NCBI GenBank assembly: GCA_964057225.1
Contig: OZ059894.1
Coordinates: 14,074,001 to 14,138,000 of the forward strand
Source of the DNA: Auanema rhodensis
Lineage: Eukaryota > Animalia > Nematoda
Length of the DNA: 64,000 nucleotides
Reading direction: 5' to 3'
Part shown: positions 50,861 to 64,000 of the stretch, piece after piece
Layout: each line of letters begins with the position of its first letter
How positions within the stretch are numbered: the first letter of the stretch is position 1
The notes under the pieces: generated by a model
What the model saw: the letters and a program-made list of their open reading frames with translations, nothing else
Told to the model about the DNA's origin: nothing
The model's database searches: none
Made by a program: the position numbers and the translations under genes

Positions 50861-53800
50861 TCAGGCTAATAAATGTCCAAAATCCATGCTATTTACTGGT
50901 TGAGCAGTTGATGGGCTTGAAGGAGTATCCTGAATAATAATCAGAAATGAAGAAAAAGCTAAAATTGTGAGAGAAAGAAGTTAGAAAGTGAATTTCAATT
51001 ATTAAATCATGCAATTTTGTGGATTTCTTCTGAATTCATATATGTTGTATTCACCTGATTATTGGCAACGACAATCTCGCCAGGAGTCATTTGAGAAATT
51101 GGAACTGAAATTTAAAATTTAAAATAAATTTTTTAATAAATATAATTATTTATTATTATTATTAATTTATAATAATAGTTTTATCATTATTTTAATGAAA
51201 ATAACATTTTATTTATAAAAAGTTATAATGTTCACATATTATGTTGTGAATACTCCGATTTAAAAATTAAAAATATTACGTCATTTCTATATATAGTTTA
51301 TATATTTTATTTTTTTACAATTACATAATTATAAATAGTTATCTTGTTATCTAATAATACTTATATTATGTGTATTTATGTGTATTTTTATAAAAACAAG
51401 GGTATAAAGTATTTTTGTGATTGAAGGATTAAATTGGTTATATTTCAAATAATTTACTGTAGAATAGACAACAAGTATTACTATGAAATCATTCTTATAT
51501 GATTGAATAATGACTTTAAGGATTGATGTTGGATTAAACAAAAAAAAATTCATTATCTCTCAAATTTTTTGTGAAAAAAATGAAAAAATTTAAAAATAAA
51601 ATGTAAATTATTTCAGAATTGTTTGAAGAAAAATAATCAAAAGGAAATATGAAAATTGTTAATCATATCAATTATCTGAGAAATTTGTTATATTATTAAT
51701 AAATTTAAAATTGTATTTATACTTGTCACGAAGAAAATTATAAAATTTACATTTAGAATGTAATAAATACATATATTTTAACTTTTTTTTTGAAAAAAAG
51801 TTGTTAATATCAAATATTTTTGTGATTTCTCGTTACAAAAGCAAAAAAATTATCATTGTTGATTTTGAAAAATGATCCAGTTCAGTGATCTTTATCATCT
51901 TTTAAAGTTATCTTATCTTTTTATCTTTTTTATCAATTTTGTCTATTTGAAAAGGAAATTTTAAAAGTTTTTCCCCCATCATAGAAAAAAAACTGGGAGA
52001 GAGTGGAATAGATATGAAATAAACAAATGTGAAAAATGAAAAGAAAATACATATTTGAATGTTTTCAATTGAATATCAGACAATTTCTATTTAATTTCTT
52101 TTTTTTTTAATTTGAATATTTAGATTGTGTCTTACCTTCTTGATACTGTGGTGGTGGAGGTGGCCATTGTCGTTCAATTTTCTTAGTTGGTAAGTGCTTC
52201 TGAAGTACTTCAACTTGTTCACGTTCATGTTGCTCACTTTCTGATGGTGGCCATTGAACAGCTGGCATATGTTGAGGTCCTATAAGCAAAAACATCTAAA
52301 AACTGTTTCCAAATATATAAGAAAAATCATTTTGTTGTGTTAAATGTATGTATTTATATATAATTTTATATAATTTTGATTATAATTGATATCAAAATGA
52401 TTATTTTGATTTAACATGTTGTTGAAATGTTTACAAAATTATAAATTTTTCTACATATATAAATAATAAAAACAATATATTTATATATATTTATTAGACT
52501 TTATCCTGTTTTCTTATCAATTTTATCGATTGATAAATTAACGAAGTATTTTCTTTATTTAATTTTAATTATGGGAAAGCTGACGATAAAAAACTTACCA
52601 GAATAATCTTTTTCGCATCCATCTTCTTCAGGTGGTGGCCAGACTCGATTAATCTTGGCAGCAGTTGACCAAGCAGCAGATCGGAGAACTCCGTTTTGCT
52701 CCTGAATATATATTTTACTTTTTTTCAAAAAAAAAGTTATTATAGTTAAAATAATTATAAGAAATAGTAGAATTATAGAAAATACCTGTTGGATCCAAGC
52801 AGTATCGTCTGATGCCTTGACGGTAGTCATTGGAGCTCTGAAAATAACATGAGTAATAACAGACAAAAATAGAATTTTGTGTGGAAAAATAAGATAATTT
52901 GAAGATTAAGGCTGTTTTGTAAATCCGACAAACATATGTGAAACATACGATTCTTTGGTCAAGTTGTCCTCTGGAGGTGGCCAAACACGAGAGATCTTAG
53001 CAGGCTTATACAGACTTTTCTGCAACTCTTGTTGGTCCTAAACGCAAAAATGAGTTGAAGAAGCTACTTACATGAAATAAAAATGAAGAAAAACGAGTGA
53101 AAGGTGGCATGCACGTAACTCAAAGCTAACTAACTCGCTTTAAAAATGTTTGAACAACAGAACAAGATGGCGTTAAAAATATATGAAACTTTAACATTTT
53201 CTTCTAATTTCATTAAAAATTGATTGATTTTTTTCCAATATTATCAAATAATAATATAAATAGTTCTTCATATTTTCTATTTAACATTCTACTTTTAAAA
53301 CTGATATAATCAAATGGAAATAGAAAGTAAAAAATGGAGAGAAGAAGAGCATGATCGAAAAATAACAGATAAATTCTTTCACTCTTCGCTATGTATATTT
53401 GCTTCTTTCTGTTCAATGCACAGCCCAGTATTTCACGTGAATTTGGCGTAAAAGTTCACGTGTACATGCGTCTAAGTATTCAAAAGAGTTTATCAATAAA
53501 ACATGTATTCTTATTTCGTTTTGCAGGATGTGTGAGAACGGTTGTACTCCTCTCATCTTTTGAATTCGTATTATTCCCCCTCACTGTCGTCTCTCCTCTT
53601 TCTCTCTCTCTCTCCTTCAATTTTTTTCTTAAGCAAGCCTGTATATACATTTTTTAAAAGTTTGATAGGTTCTGCTAGACAAGAAGGGGAATTTGAAAAT
53701 TTGTTTTCCAAATACCCACATACATACCCAGACAGACAGATACACACACACATACACACACATACATTTATATAAATGTATGTATGTACATTCATTTTTT

Positions 53801-56800
53801 AACAAATAAAAATAATTAAATATGAAACTTGAAAATTTAAAAAAATCAATAATTACAAAGTTATTTAAAGTTTAAATAAGGAAGTAAAGCAAAAAAGAAG
53901 ACAACAATTATAATACCTGATTGATAGGAGCCCAATCTTGTGTGTGAACTTTTGGAGCTTGTCCAATTTCGTGCTTTACTTCTTCGGGAAATTCATTCCA
54001 TTTTACTTTCTGGTAAGATTGTGGCTTAGTCACAATAACAGTTTTCTGAAAATATAAAATATTACTGAATGAATAATATATAAAATATGCTAACCTGTAT
54101 AGCATGACCCTCAGAAAGTTCTGGAATATTAATTTTTCCAATTTGAGGTGGTTGAATCTCGACTGGTTGACGATGTTGAGTCATCCAGCAAGAATCATCC
54201 TGAAAATATATTTTATTATAAATAAATATTATGGAGTACTATATGTATAATGTTTTATATTCAATATTATCATGAATATATTGTAATTTTAAATAAAATG
54301 AAATAGAAATTATAATAAACTATTTGGAAACATAATATATAATATATATATAATATTTTTTTTTCGACTTATGTTATGAAAATACTTTATGATTTAAGAA
54401 TTTTGGCTTATTCTTATTTCTGTGAATATATCGGAACATGAGAGAATTCCCTCAGGCCAAGTATATTATAATGTGTATTTCAGTTTATAAACTCAGAAGA
54501 TTGAAGCTTTAAAGTTTTTTTATATTTTTTTCCATGATAATATTGTGAAATCAATGAAATATGCTGCGAGCAATTGGTTCTTTCAACTTTTCTTTTTGAG
54601 TACTGAAACAGCTGTTAGTCTTTTACTGATAACATACTCCATTTCAACAAATAGAAAAGTTAAATTTAGTAAAATCTTAAAAGAAAACTTCTTTTTTTAA
54701 TAAAAATTTTTAATAAACATGAAAAGACATACAAAAAGGTTCTGAACATGCTATGATCAAATCTATGCTTTATGCTTTAGCATACCCTCCCTCACTTTAT
54801 ATCTGATTTGAATTTCCAAATTTCAATTTATAAGCGAAAACAATTTGTTTTTTTTCCAAATATTTCAGAAAAAAATGTTTTTTTTTATCAAAAAAAGTTT
54901 AAAGTTTGTAGTTTTCTTAAGTCTCTGCTAATTTATATCCTGAAGTATATAGAAGAACATTGTTGATTATTCTTCTAAAAACTAGACAAATACATAGGTC
55001 ATTCAATAATATTTTCTTTTGAAAAACTTATTTAAAATTTTAAATATTTAAAGTAAGTTATCTATAGCTATACATATACATATAGTATTCTAAGAACTTT
55101 AGAATGTTTCGATGAATTTATGATTATGCTAACTATATATTAATATGTTTCTTCTCTTCTTTCTCCTTTTTTTTTCTTTTAAGTTAGCCCTTATATTATT
55201 CTTAAAACTTTTGTGAAATCTTGAATAACTCGATTAATCTATCCAAAATGTGGAAAAATTATATTTTGTGGAACAAAAATGTGAATAAGATTAGAAGAAT
55301 CTCTATAGTTCTGCAGTAGTATCACTAATTATAGATTGACGTCATGTCTTCAATATAATTTTGAGTTCAACCTTGTTCTGAGCGGAAATCCCACGAACTC
55401 ATCCGGATTTCCGGATAATTTACGTACAACTACAGACTATTTTTAGTTAAAATATATAAAAATAGATATTTATTGTTCTATTTTCTTATTATAAATCTCA
55501 TCTTAATTGTTAAAAGTAATGGGAAGCTATTTTTCATTCAAACATTCACCTTTGCAGGTGAGGAAAGAGAAAAACACTTTCAGTTTTCAGCGGTATTTCC
55601 GGTGATATAGGCCAGTTGCTTCTTGTGAAAACTTCAACTTGCATCATCGTCATTAAGAACCTATATGATCAAATGCAAAAAGTGAATGGCGGGAGAGATA
55701 AAGAGACAATGAAGAGAAATAAGAGAATAAGAGAGAGAGGGAGGAGCAGAAAAGAGAAATAGAGAATAAGAGATGAGGAAAGGTAGGAAGAGATACTTGA
55801 ATGTGATCCCAGCTGGTGGCTGATCAGTTGCCAAAGCATCAAGAGCTGTGAATTGTTTTTATCAATCTTAAATTTTATATTCTCTTTTCATCTCTCTGCC
55901 CTCTTTTTAAATTTCTTAAATTTGCTTTTCTTTTCCTGCACCTCAATCTGTTTGTATCTGACTATCCAGATTTCTCATACTTTTTCTGGCAATTGTTCTC
56001 ACTTTCATAGCTTTCTCTCTCTTAATTCTATCTTTTTCCAAACACTTTTTCTATGACAAAAGTCAAAAATCTATGTTGCATGCGGGTTTGTTCTTCTTTT
56101 TTCAATCACATTATCCTCTCACCTCTCTGATTAACTGAGGGGGAGGAAGTACTAGCATGTTGCTCTCTCTCTCACTCTTTTTACCTTACAATGTTATGAA
56201 TCAACAGAATAAAAATTTAAAATTAATTCATATATAAATCAAAAAAGGTTTTATATCAGTTTTACCGATGGCTTAACTGGTTACCAAATGGATAGATGAA
56301 TCCGAACGATCATCTTTCATTTCTTCTGACTCCCACGTGTTTTAGCTTCATAGTAATGCATTTACTTAACATTAATACATAGTTCTATCTAAGAACATCA
56401 TCATATGCAATCGGAGAACATAAGATGTCCTTTTACTATTTTTACTTGATTTTTCAATCAAGGAAAACGTTTATAATATAATCTGAACTAGAATTCTTTA
56501 GTTATAAAATAGAAAAATATGACAAACAAATGCTTATATTCATTGAAATCTACACAAAACTCAAAAGAAACTTTAAGCTTATCTTCTTGTATTATATTAA
56601 TTATATTTTTAGTTAAATATATCAAAAGAATATGTGATTTATTGTGAAAAATCTTTACGATATCAGAATTATTGGTTATATCAATTCAAGTTGTTTAGTT
56701 TTAAAGAAAGTTCAAGAAGCTTTTAAGTACCATATCATGTAATAGAGACTAGAAGATAGATATGATATTGTCTTTCAACATTCAAACCAAACGAATAACT

Positions 56801-59800
56801 TTGATGGATAGTCGTTTTGAAGATGAAGTTGTCAATGCGAAAGCAAGATACTGATATGCATATGTTTGTATATACATCTACTTTTTGAGCAAATAGATTA
56901 AATTCAGATGTTTTTTTTTTCATTTTTTTGAAGAAAAATAAGTTTTTTTCAATATCATACAATTGAAATTTTTTTGTATACAGTTGTACAAAAGAAAATA
57001 ATATTTTTTTGCATCAATTTCAAATTTAAATAACTTTCTTGAAGTTTAAAGAGAAATAATTTTTAAATATACAAGAATCTTGAATATGCAAGATGAATAA
57101 AGTTACCAGAAATAGTTTTGAATTATTCTGTTCCGTAACGGAAATATCCAAAAGGAAATTGGTTTCAAAGAAAGATCGAGAGATGCAACGATTGCTGATG
57201 ATGGAGGTGATTGAAACGACAATGGAAGTTGGAAAGACCATTAGAGGGAGGATGATAGAAGCATACATGGTCAATTCTATTCAGAGAATATTCAAACTTA
57301 CTATGTGAAAAAGCATATCACTATGCCTTGTGACTGGTACTCAATTGATCTTTGGTTTAAAAAAAACTTATTTTATGAAAAGAACACTAAAAGTAAATTG
57401 AGAGATGATTTTAATGATAAAAATATAAGTATATGTCATATCAAACTTTTTTTGTTGAAATAAATCAAATAAAAATCAGAAAATTAAATTCAAAAATAGA
57501 AAAGTTGAGTTAAAGAAGAAGAAGAAAAGAAGAAGAAAATAATTGTCATGTGTTATGTATATTCTTTTTTTTTGGTAAAGATACATATATGTAGTATATG
57601 CATAGATCATGTTAAAAACAAAAAAAACATTTTTATAATAACTAAAAGACTTATTTGAATGTTTTTCTTTTAAAAAAAATAGAAAAGAAGAGTTTAAAAG
57701 CTTATATGATAGTTGAGTAATTATCACTTAATCATCATTAATATTTAAATAACATACGAATAGGGTAATGGACATACAACCGTTCGCATGCTCATTGAAT
57801 CAGGAAATACATTATTCACATGATTTGAATAACCTTCACGTGAATTTCACGTGCATCTAACCAAAAAGCTTATTCATAATACTTTGTTACTTAGAATAGA
57901 AAAAATATAAATAATACAAGTTGTAATCAAGAAGAAAGGATCAGCATGTCTGTGTCCAAATTATTTTCACTGTTGACTATGCAAAACAACATTAAAAAAT
58001 GATTTTATATGATATCATTATACTTATTCAATTAGTTTTTTGTATTTCTGGAAAAAATAAAAGTATTGAATACCTGTAACCGGACAGCAGCCGGCTTTTC
58101 CGTGTTTTCTCCACCCATCGTAGTAGCTTGTTGCTCTCGAATGGCTGAGTCTTGTTCCCACCTCTCTACTCCGGCCAGCATTTGAACGCCCGCCCTCTGT
58201 GTCGGCTGGAATGAAAATCGGTTGAAAGAGGACAAGAAGAATTGAGAGAGAGGGAAAAGATAGATAGATATTGGGAGGGAAAGAGAAAGAGAAAGAGTGA
58301 TAGATTGGGAGAGAAATAAGAGAAGTAGAGTAGTAGATAGATAAAACAGAGAACTTAGAAAGATGCAAAAATGAATAGAGAAAATAGAAAAATAAAAGTT
58401 TTGAAATGAAAAAGAAGAGAGAAAACCGAGTGGGAGTAGTTTGTTCTAGATTGACAATATGACTCTCTGTTAAGTTCAACAGATCTATTAACCTAAGAAA
58501 ATTCAGTATCATATAGAGTGAAGAATAGTTCATATCTCTGAAAATAAAGAGATTTCTCACTTATTTTCTCCTTATGCTCTTGAGTCTTTCTATAAACATA
58601 CATACATACCTCTCTCTCTCTCTTTTTCTCTTTCTCTTTCTCTTTCTAACTCTTTCTCATTCACTCGTACTAAAATTTTATAAAGAAATCATCATTTTCT
58701 TTTCCCAGCTTTAAAATAATTTAATTATAAATCTTTTAAAATTAAGATTTATATTGATAATATGTTGTTATTGTTGTTGTGTTTCTTTATAATATTATAA
58801 TAAAAGAATAAATAAGACAATGTCATTACAAATTGAAAAAATAAAAAGAAAATGAGAATTCAAAAGCTGATTTCTTTAAGTGATGAGGAAGTTGAAAACT
58901 CTTCATATGTACATTTAAGCCGTTTACATATGATTTCTAAAAACTTCAAACTTCATCTTATATCGCAAAAAACGAAACTTCTTAGAAAAGAGATAATAAA
59001 GAGAAAAAAAAGTTTTTTTGTTCAAGATAAACTAGCTTATATGGTCGACAAATATTACTTTTTTTTTTACAAAAAAAAAAGAAATCTATTAGTTTGTATT
59101 GAAAATATAAAATAATTTTTAATATTTATACTCTTAGAATATCCTGAAACTAATAATATTAATTAGCTTAATTAACCTTATATCTATAGAATTTTATATT
59201 AAAGATAAAGATAAATATTATTAGAAAAGCAAAAAGCGACTCAACTATAGCAAGATGTTCATCTTCAAAGAGAACATCTTACGTCATTTATTTTAGTAAA
59301 TACAACAAAGTCCGAAGCTATTAGTATCATGTTCTTTAACATGTAACAACGAATTTGCAAGAAATTCTTTATTTACATATTTAGAGATTATATATATAGT
59401 TAGTTAGATAAGTTTATATTCTCATTATATGTAACCAAAAAAAGGATATTTCAATTAACTATATATACATATAATAAATATTATTCTCTCTCTTTCTCTC
59501 TTTATTTTACTTTATAAGTTAATTATGAGAAAATATTCTCGGACGGACTATCTTCATCATACTTTGTCATAATGTTTTGGTTTTTTTCACTTTGGCACTA
59601 ACATGATACGGTTGTTCTTTCAGTCAAGCTAGAACATTCATCCTGTTCTGTCACATGTGAGCTTGATGACAGGCAATGTAGACTCGGAGAGCACATCAAC
59701 TTTCTCGTCGTCGTCGTCGTTCATCAGAGAGCAAATAGCTTTTTCCTAATTTTTTGTTTCGATTTTAGATTTCGTTCATATAAAATTACCAATTATCAAA

Positions 59801-62800
59801 TAGAGAACTATCTTATATATAAATATTCTAACGGTCTTTGATCAATAACTCAATTGAAACTTAGAATTTGACATAAAGTTCAGAATAAAAATATAGAAAA
59901 GATAGAAATAAAGACAATAAATTAGTTAAATTCAATTGTATAGTTAATAGAAATAAGAAAGAAATAAAATAATAAAGAAAATGAAAAGCGTGATGTTGGA
60001 AAAGTATAAGGAGGAGCTGAAATGAATCTTCTCATAAGATTTGTATACTAATTCAATTTGATGATTCGGAAATAGATGACGTTACGCTATCGTTATCACT
60101 CTCAGACAGAGTTCTCGAAGATTCTCAGTATAATCCAACGATTTACACGAGTTTGTAGGAACTTATGTGACAAACCCAGGCTAAGACAACATACATCATC
60201 ACCGCCCGCTATTCGGATGTCTTGTTCCTTTCTCTGTCTAGTCAATTGAGTGCCCTTAATCTGCACGTTCTACATTGAATGACATGTTGCCTGAGGATGT
60301 ATACGCATTTGCCTTGTGGCAAGGTAAATTATCATATCCGGGGGTCTTTAGCTCACTTACGAGCCTAATAGAGGAAGAACACCCTTGCAGGCTTTTCACT
60401 CAGTACTACTGAAGCCGGAAAGAAATCCTCTTAAAGTCACTTGACCATTTCGACGATATTCGACGTCAATGAATTTCTAACTTCCTGTGTCATATTCGTA
60501 AGAAAAATATATATATTATACGAATAAATAACAGTTGAATAAAAAAAAAAGAAAAATTTGAAGAAAAAGAACTTGAGAGTTGTGAATTTTTTTTTCTTTT
60601 TAGCAGATAATTGTATAAAACAAATACTATATGTAACAAAGCACATAAACAACATTGCATGTTTCCAATGATAATATTTATCTTGAAAAATGGAAAATTT
60701 TGAATTTTTATGTGAAAAGAAACGTTTTTCTGTTTATTTTTATTTGCCTTATATTTGGATTGAGCTATTTATATATATATATATATTGATATATTGATTT
60801 GAATAATTCAAATAAAATTAGATTTAAGTTATTATAAAGTTTTTTTATCAGAACAATATAATATTTTAAAAGTTATTCGTATTATTACTGTATAAGATAT
60901 TCTCATCTTTTTATATTTTATCTTTTAAAATATACAAAATAATGTAATATAGAGAAACATTTTTAATGAAATTTCCTCAAAATAACACAACGTTTTGCAT
61001 CATTTCAGCAAAGACGTATGAAATAGCAGACAATAATGCTGCAAGTGTGTAATGCTTGTTAAAAAACATTAAATTACCTTATCAATTATAACTTATATCA
61101 TATAATATATATTTTTCTTTTTTTTGTTGTTATTTCTTGTTACTTCAAATACAAAAGTAACTATTGGAATGCTACCAGATAGTGCAAAAGTAAAGATCAA
61201 AATGACATCAGTTTTTCCCAAATCATTTTCAAATTTACGTGAAAATTAACTTTAGAAATGATAACAACAGCTGAATCATAATATTATATAAGATATAAAT
61301 AATATTAACTAGCAGATGAATTGAGATTTGTTTTTAAGATGAAATAGATGCAAATATAATAAAAATCTTTCTAGATTTCTCATTTTGTTTTCACAAAGAC
61401 AAGAGAGAAGAGGTATAGAATGAAAGTATAATACCTGTGGTTTGAAGTCTTCTTCTGTCTTTTCCACAAATTTCTCAACAACGTTTTCTTGGCGAATAGC
61501 TGGCTTTTGAGCTGTAGCAATTCCAACAATAGCTGGAGCAGCTCTAGCTAATTCACCATTTGAATTAGTAAGTTGGTCTTCTTGAGCCTAAATATAAAAC
61601 ATATAATATATGAAATAACTTAATACAGTTATCTATAGATAGTAAGATATTTGGTTTTTACAATGTTTTTTTGAACTTAAAATCTTAAAAATATATCCTA
61701 TGAAGATAGTAATAATGGTCTCTGTATCTTTTCAATTTCTATTTACATTTGTCAAAGTAGTTTCTCACTTTAACTATCTTCTTTCAATTCTTTGTCTAAC
61801 GTTACTTCTAAATTTATTTTCTTTTTCACGTGGGTGACAATTTATTCATTTGATAAACTATAGAAAAAGAGTTTTTTTTTTCGTTTTGTTTATATATGAT
61901 ATGGTAAAGAGCAAATATTCTGCATCACTTCAACATTCTAACAGAGATTGATAGCTATACTGAAAGATAGAAAATGAAAATGATGTGATGAGGGTGATAA
62001 TAGTGTATAGACTGCTGTGCAAGAACGATTAAGTTGTTTGATGGAAAAATGAGTTTTAAACTTAATCTATCAATTGAGCAAAAGACAAGGAAAAAAAAAG
62101 TAAAAATATATGAAAGTAATTGATGTTGATTTATATTTATCTAGCTAGTATAGTATAGTATAATATATAAATTATAAATATTATTAAGGAATTTCCGTTC
62201 AATGATCTTATAAGTTCATATTTACAAATAGTATATATGTATTCAGAAGTCTAGCTTACCTTAGCTGTTTGTTTTAACTGACTATTCTTATCCAAAGGAC
62301 CCAAATCTTTCTGTTGTACTTGCTTTATCTGAGGATTCCATGTTGCTATAAATATATATTATTATTATATATATATATACTTAGAAAAGTATATAAATTT
62401 TCACTAACGTTTATTTCCGGTTGGTCGTGGAGCATGATGAATCAACGTTGCTCCGCCGCCTTGTAATTCAGCAGTATGCAGTGTATCCGATGATTTTGCC
62501 ATTTCAGTTGGCTTCTTCTGAGCTACCATGGCTGATCCAGTAGAAGGTTTAGAGCTAACGGCAGTAGGAACTGGAGGTTGAGGCTTCTGAGGTGTGGATG
62601 GCACAACTGGTTGGCGCTGAGAAGGAGTAACAGCTGATTTCACGTTTTGATGTTGTTGTTGTTTTTGCTGTTGAGGTGTTGCTTGTGATTGAGCAGAAGC
62701 ATGGGTCTTTGCTGAAGCTTGCGCCTGAGCTCTAGCCTGAGCTTGTAAGTCATTCTGTGCTTTAATCTGAAGAAAGATGAATACAAAATTTAATCAAAGT

Positions 62801-64000
62801 GTCCTACTTGAGCATCTTTTTGTGCTTTGAGAGCTTGTGATCGCGCTTGAGCTTCAGCTTGAGCTTTAGCCTAAAAATATCTTCTTTGAGCATAGTCTTA
62901 TTTTTTTACACTACCTGAGCTTCTTCTTGAGCTTTTTTGACGGATAATGCTCGAGCTTGAGCTTCTGCTTGCGCCTTAGCTTTTGCCTCCGCTTGAGCTT
63001 TTTGAGCAGCTTGAGCTCTAGCTTGAGCTTCTGCTTGAGCTCTGGCTTGAGCCTCTTCTTGAGCCTTTTTAAGGGATAATGCTCGAGCCTGAGCTTGAGC
63101 TTGAGCATTTGCTTGCGCTTCTGCTTGAGCTTTTTGGGCAGCTAGCATACGTTGCTGAGCTTCACTTTGTGCTTTAGCCTGAGCTTCCTGAGCTTTCTTC
63201 AAAGCTTCTTCTTGTGCTTTTTTTGCTTGCTCTTGCGCGACTTGTAAAGCTCGAGCTTGAGCTATTCGAGCCTCTGCAGCTTTTCTTTCAGCGTCAGCTT
63301 GCTCACGAGCCTATAAACGATTCATAAACATGTATATACTCTATAAACAACTTACAGCTTGTTCTTTAGCTTCCATCTCAGCTTGATTAAACTGACCACC
63401 ATTTTTCTAAATTTCAATCAACTACTTTAAAGAAGTAATTTGAACAATTACCTGATGCTGTGCCTGTGCTACTTTTGCGGCTGCTGCTTGTATGGCAGCA
63501 GCTTGCTGAGCCTTAAAAAGCAAGATTAGATTCAAGGATTCAGAAATCTAAGATTATGTATTCACCTTGGCTATCTGTTGTTGCTGGAGCATTCGTTGTC
63601 GTTCTTCCAATGCCTTCTTCTCTTGTTCTGTTTTTTCGACTACAGCTGGACTAGAAACGACGACTTCATTCGCTTCAAAGATTAACCCTTATTTTCATTT
63701 TAAAATAAAGTTCAAACTTTGTTGTTGATTAGCCAAACTCAGAATTTGACCTAGTACAGCTTCTTTAGCTTGTTGTGGATTCGATGTAGCTGGTGCTACT
63801 GGTTGATTACCTCCTAATACTCTGAAGCCTGAACTACGACGAGGCTGGATGATAACCTAAAGTTGTAACAATTAGTGTTGAAATCCTAATTTTTAACAAA
63901 GTGCTTTAGATATTTCAAATTTCAAGAAATAAAAAACAAGAAGTAACCTCGTCATCTGACTCTTCTTCCGAAGATGTAGCATCATGTCGTTCACTTCCTA
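50861..64000 (-). CDS. Large multi-exon low-complexity protein (Q/A-rich helical repeats, C-terminal WPPP repeats); 5' end lies outside the window
   Basis: Phase-consistent exons from 64000 down to a stop at 50861-50863: AQAEAQARAL..KKAQEE repeats, then DDSCWMTQ, ISRVWPPP, DDTAWIQQ, INRVWPPP, VQWPPS and RQWPPPPP. Confidence 0.8.
57837..57853. promoter_or_regulatory. Perfect ChoRE-type element CACGTG-N5-CACGTG
   Basis: Sequence CACGTG AATTT CACGTG in an intron. Confidence 0.5.
62906..63310 (-). repeat. Coding tandem repeats (AQ/EA-rich)
   Basis: Recurring TGAGCT units on the + strand encoding AQAEAQARA/KKAQEEAQ on the minus strand. Confidence 0.8.

Noticed and set aside
54604-54611. CTGTTTCA (piRNA Ruby motif) on the minus strand
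   Set aside because: A single copy; the other matches fall in exons and there is no cluster.
55550-55660. Genome-wide TGA=Trp reassignment, suggested by two in-frame TGAs
   Set aside because: RAB5IF, PPCDC and ASPSCR1 end in TGA at their expected C-termini, and conserved Trp residues use TGG.
62906-63310. CRISPR-like or satellite array
   Set aside because: The repeats are in-frame coding AQ/EA units without unique spacers, in a eukaryotic gene.
1-64000. Telomeric TTAGGC arrays, SL RNA, snRNA, rRNA or intact transposase/RT genes
   Set aside because: None recognised on manual reading; diverged snoRNAs or MITEs cannot be excluded without Infernal or RepeatModeler.

Overview
AT-rich eukaryotic genomic DNA from a nematode, probably Rhabditina/clade V. 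The evidence is an MSP gene, a cuticle collagen, kettin, mostly ~40-55 nt introns and TTTCAG/TTTTAG acceptors just upstream of ATGs. The ORF track is mostly exon fragments, so I assembled genes by hand across splice sites. In order: the 3' part of kettin; a cuticle collagen with a ~540-aa non-collagen tail that hosts an antisense, two-intron major sperm protein gene; a secreted Ly6/three-finger protein; an orphan type I membrane protein; a probable operon (RAB5IF, B3GLCT, triple-THAP protein, ALG13); ASPSCR1/TUG; a second cluster (PPCDC, ChaC, FRMD8); an uncharacterised gene; a disordered SILK+RVxF PP1-docking protein resembling only the C-terminal tail of insect kintoun; a GSKIP gene inside a dense CACGTG E-box cluster; and the 3' part of a large Q/A-rich, WPPP-repeat gene. 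I found no tRNA, rRNA, CRISPR or intact transposon. No new system is demonstrated. The best leads are the kintoun-tail-only PP1 regulator, the E-box/ChoRE cluster, the nested MSP, a GC-donor kettin cassette exon and the PPCDC-ChaC pairing. Homology calls come from remembered motifs, not database searches.
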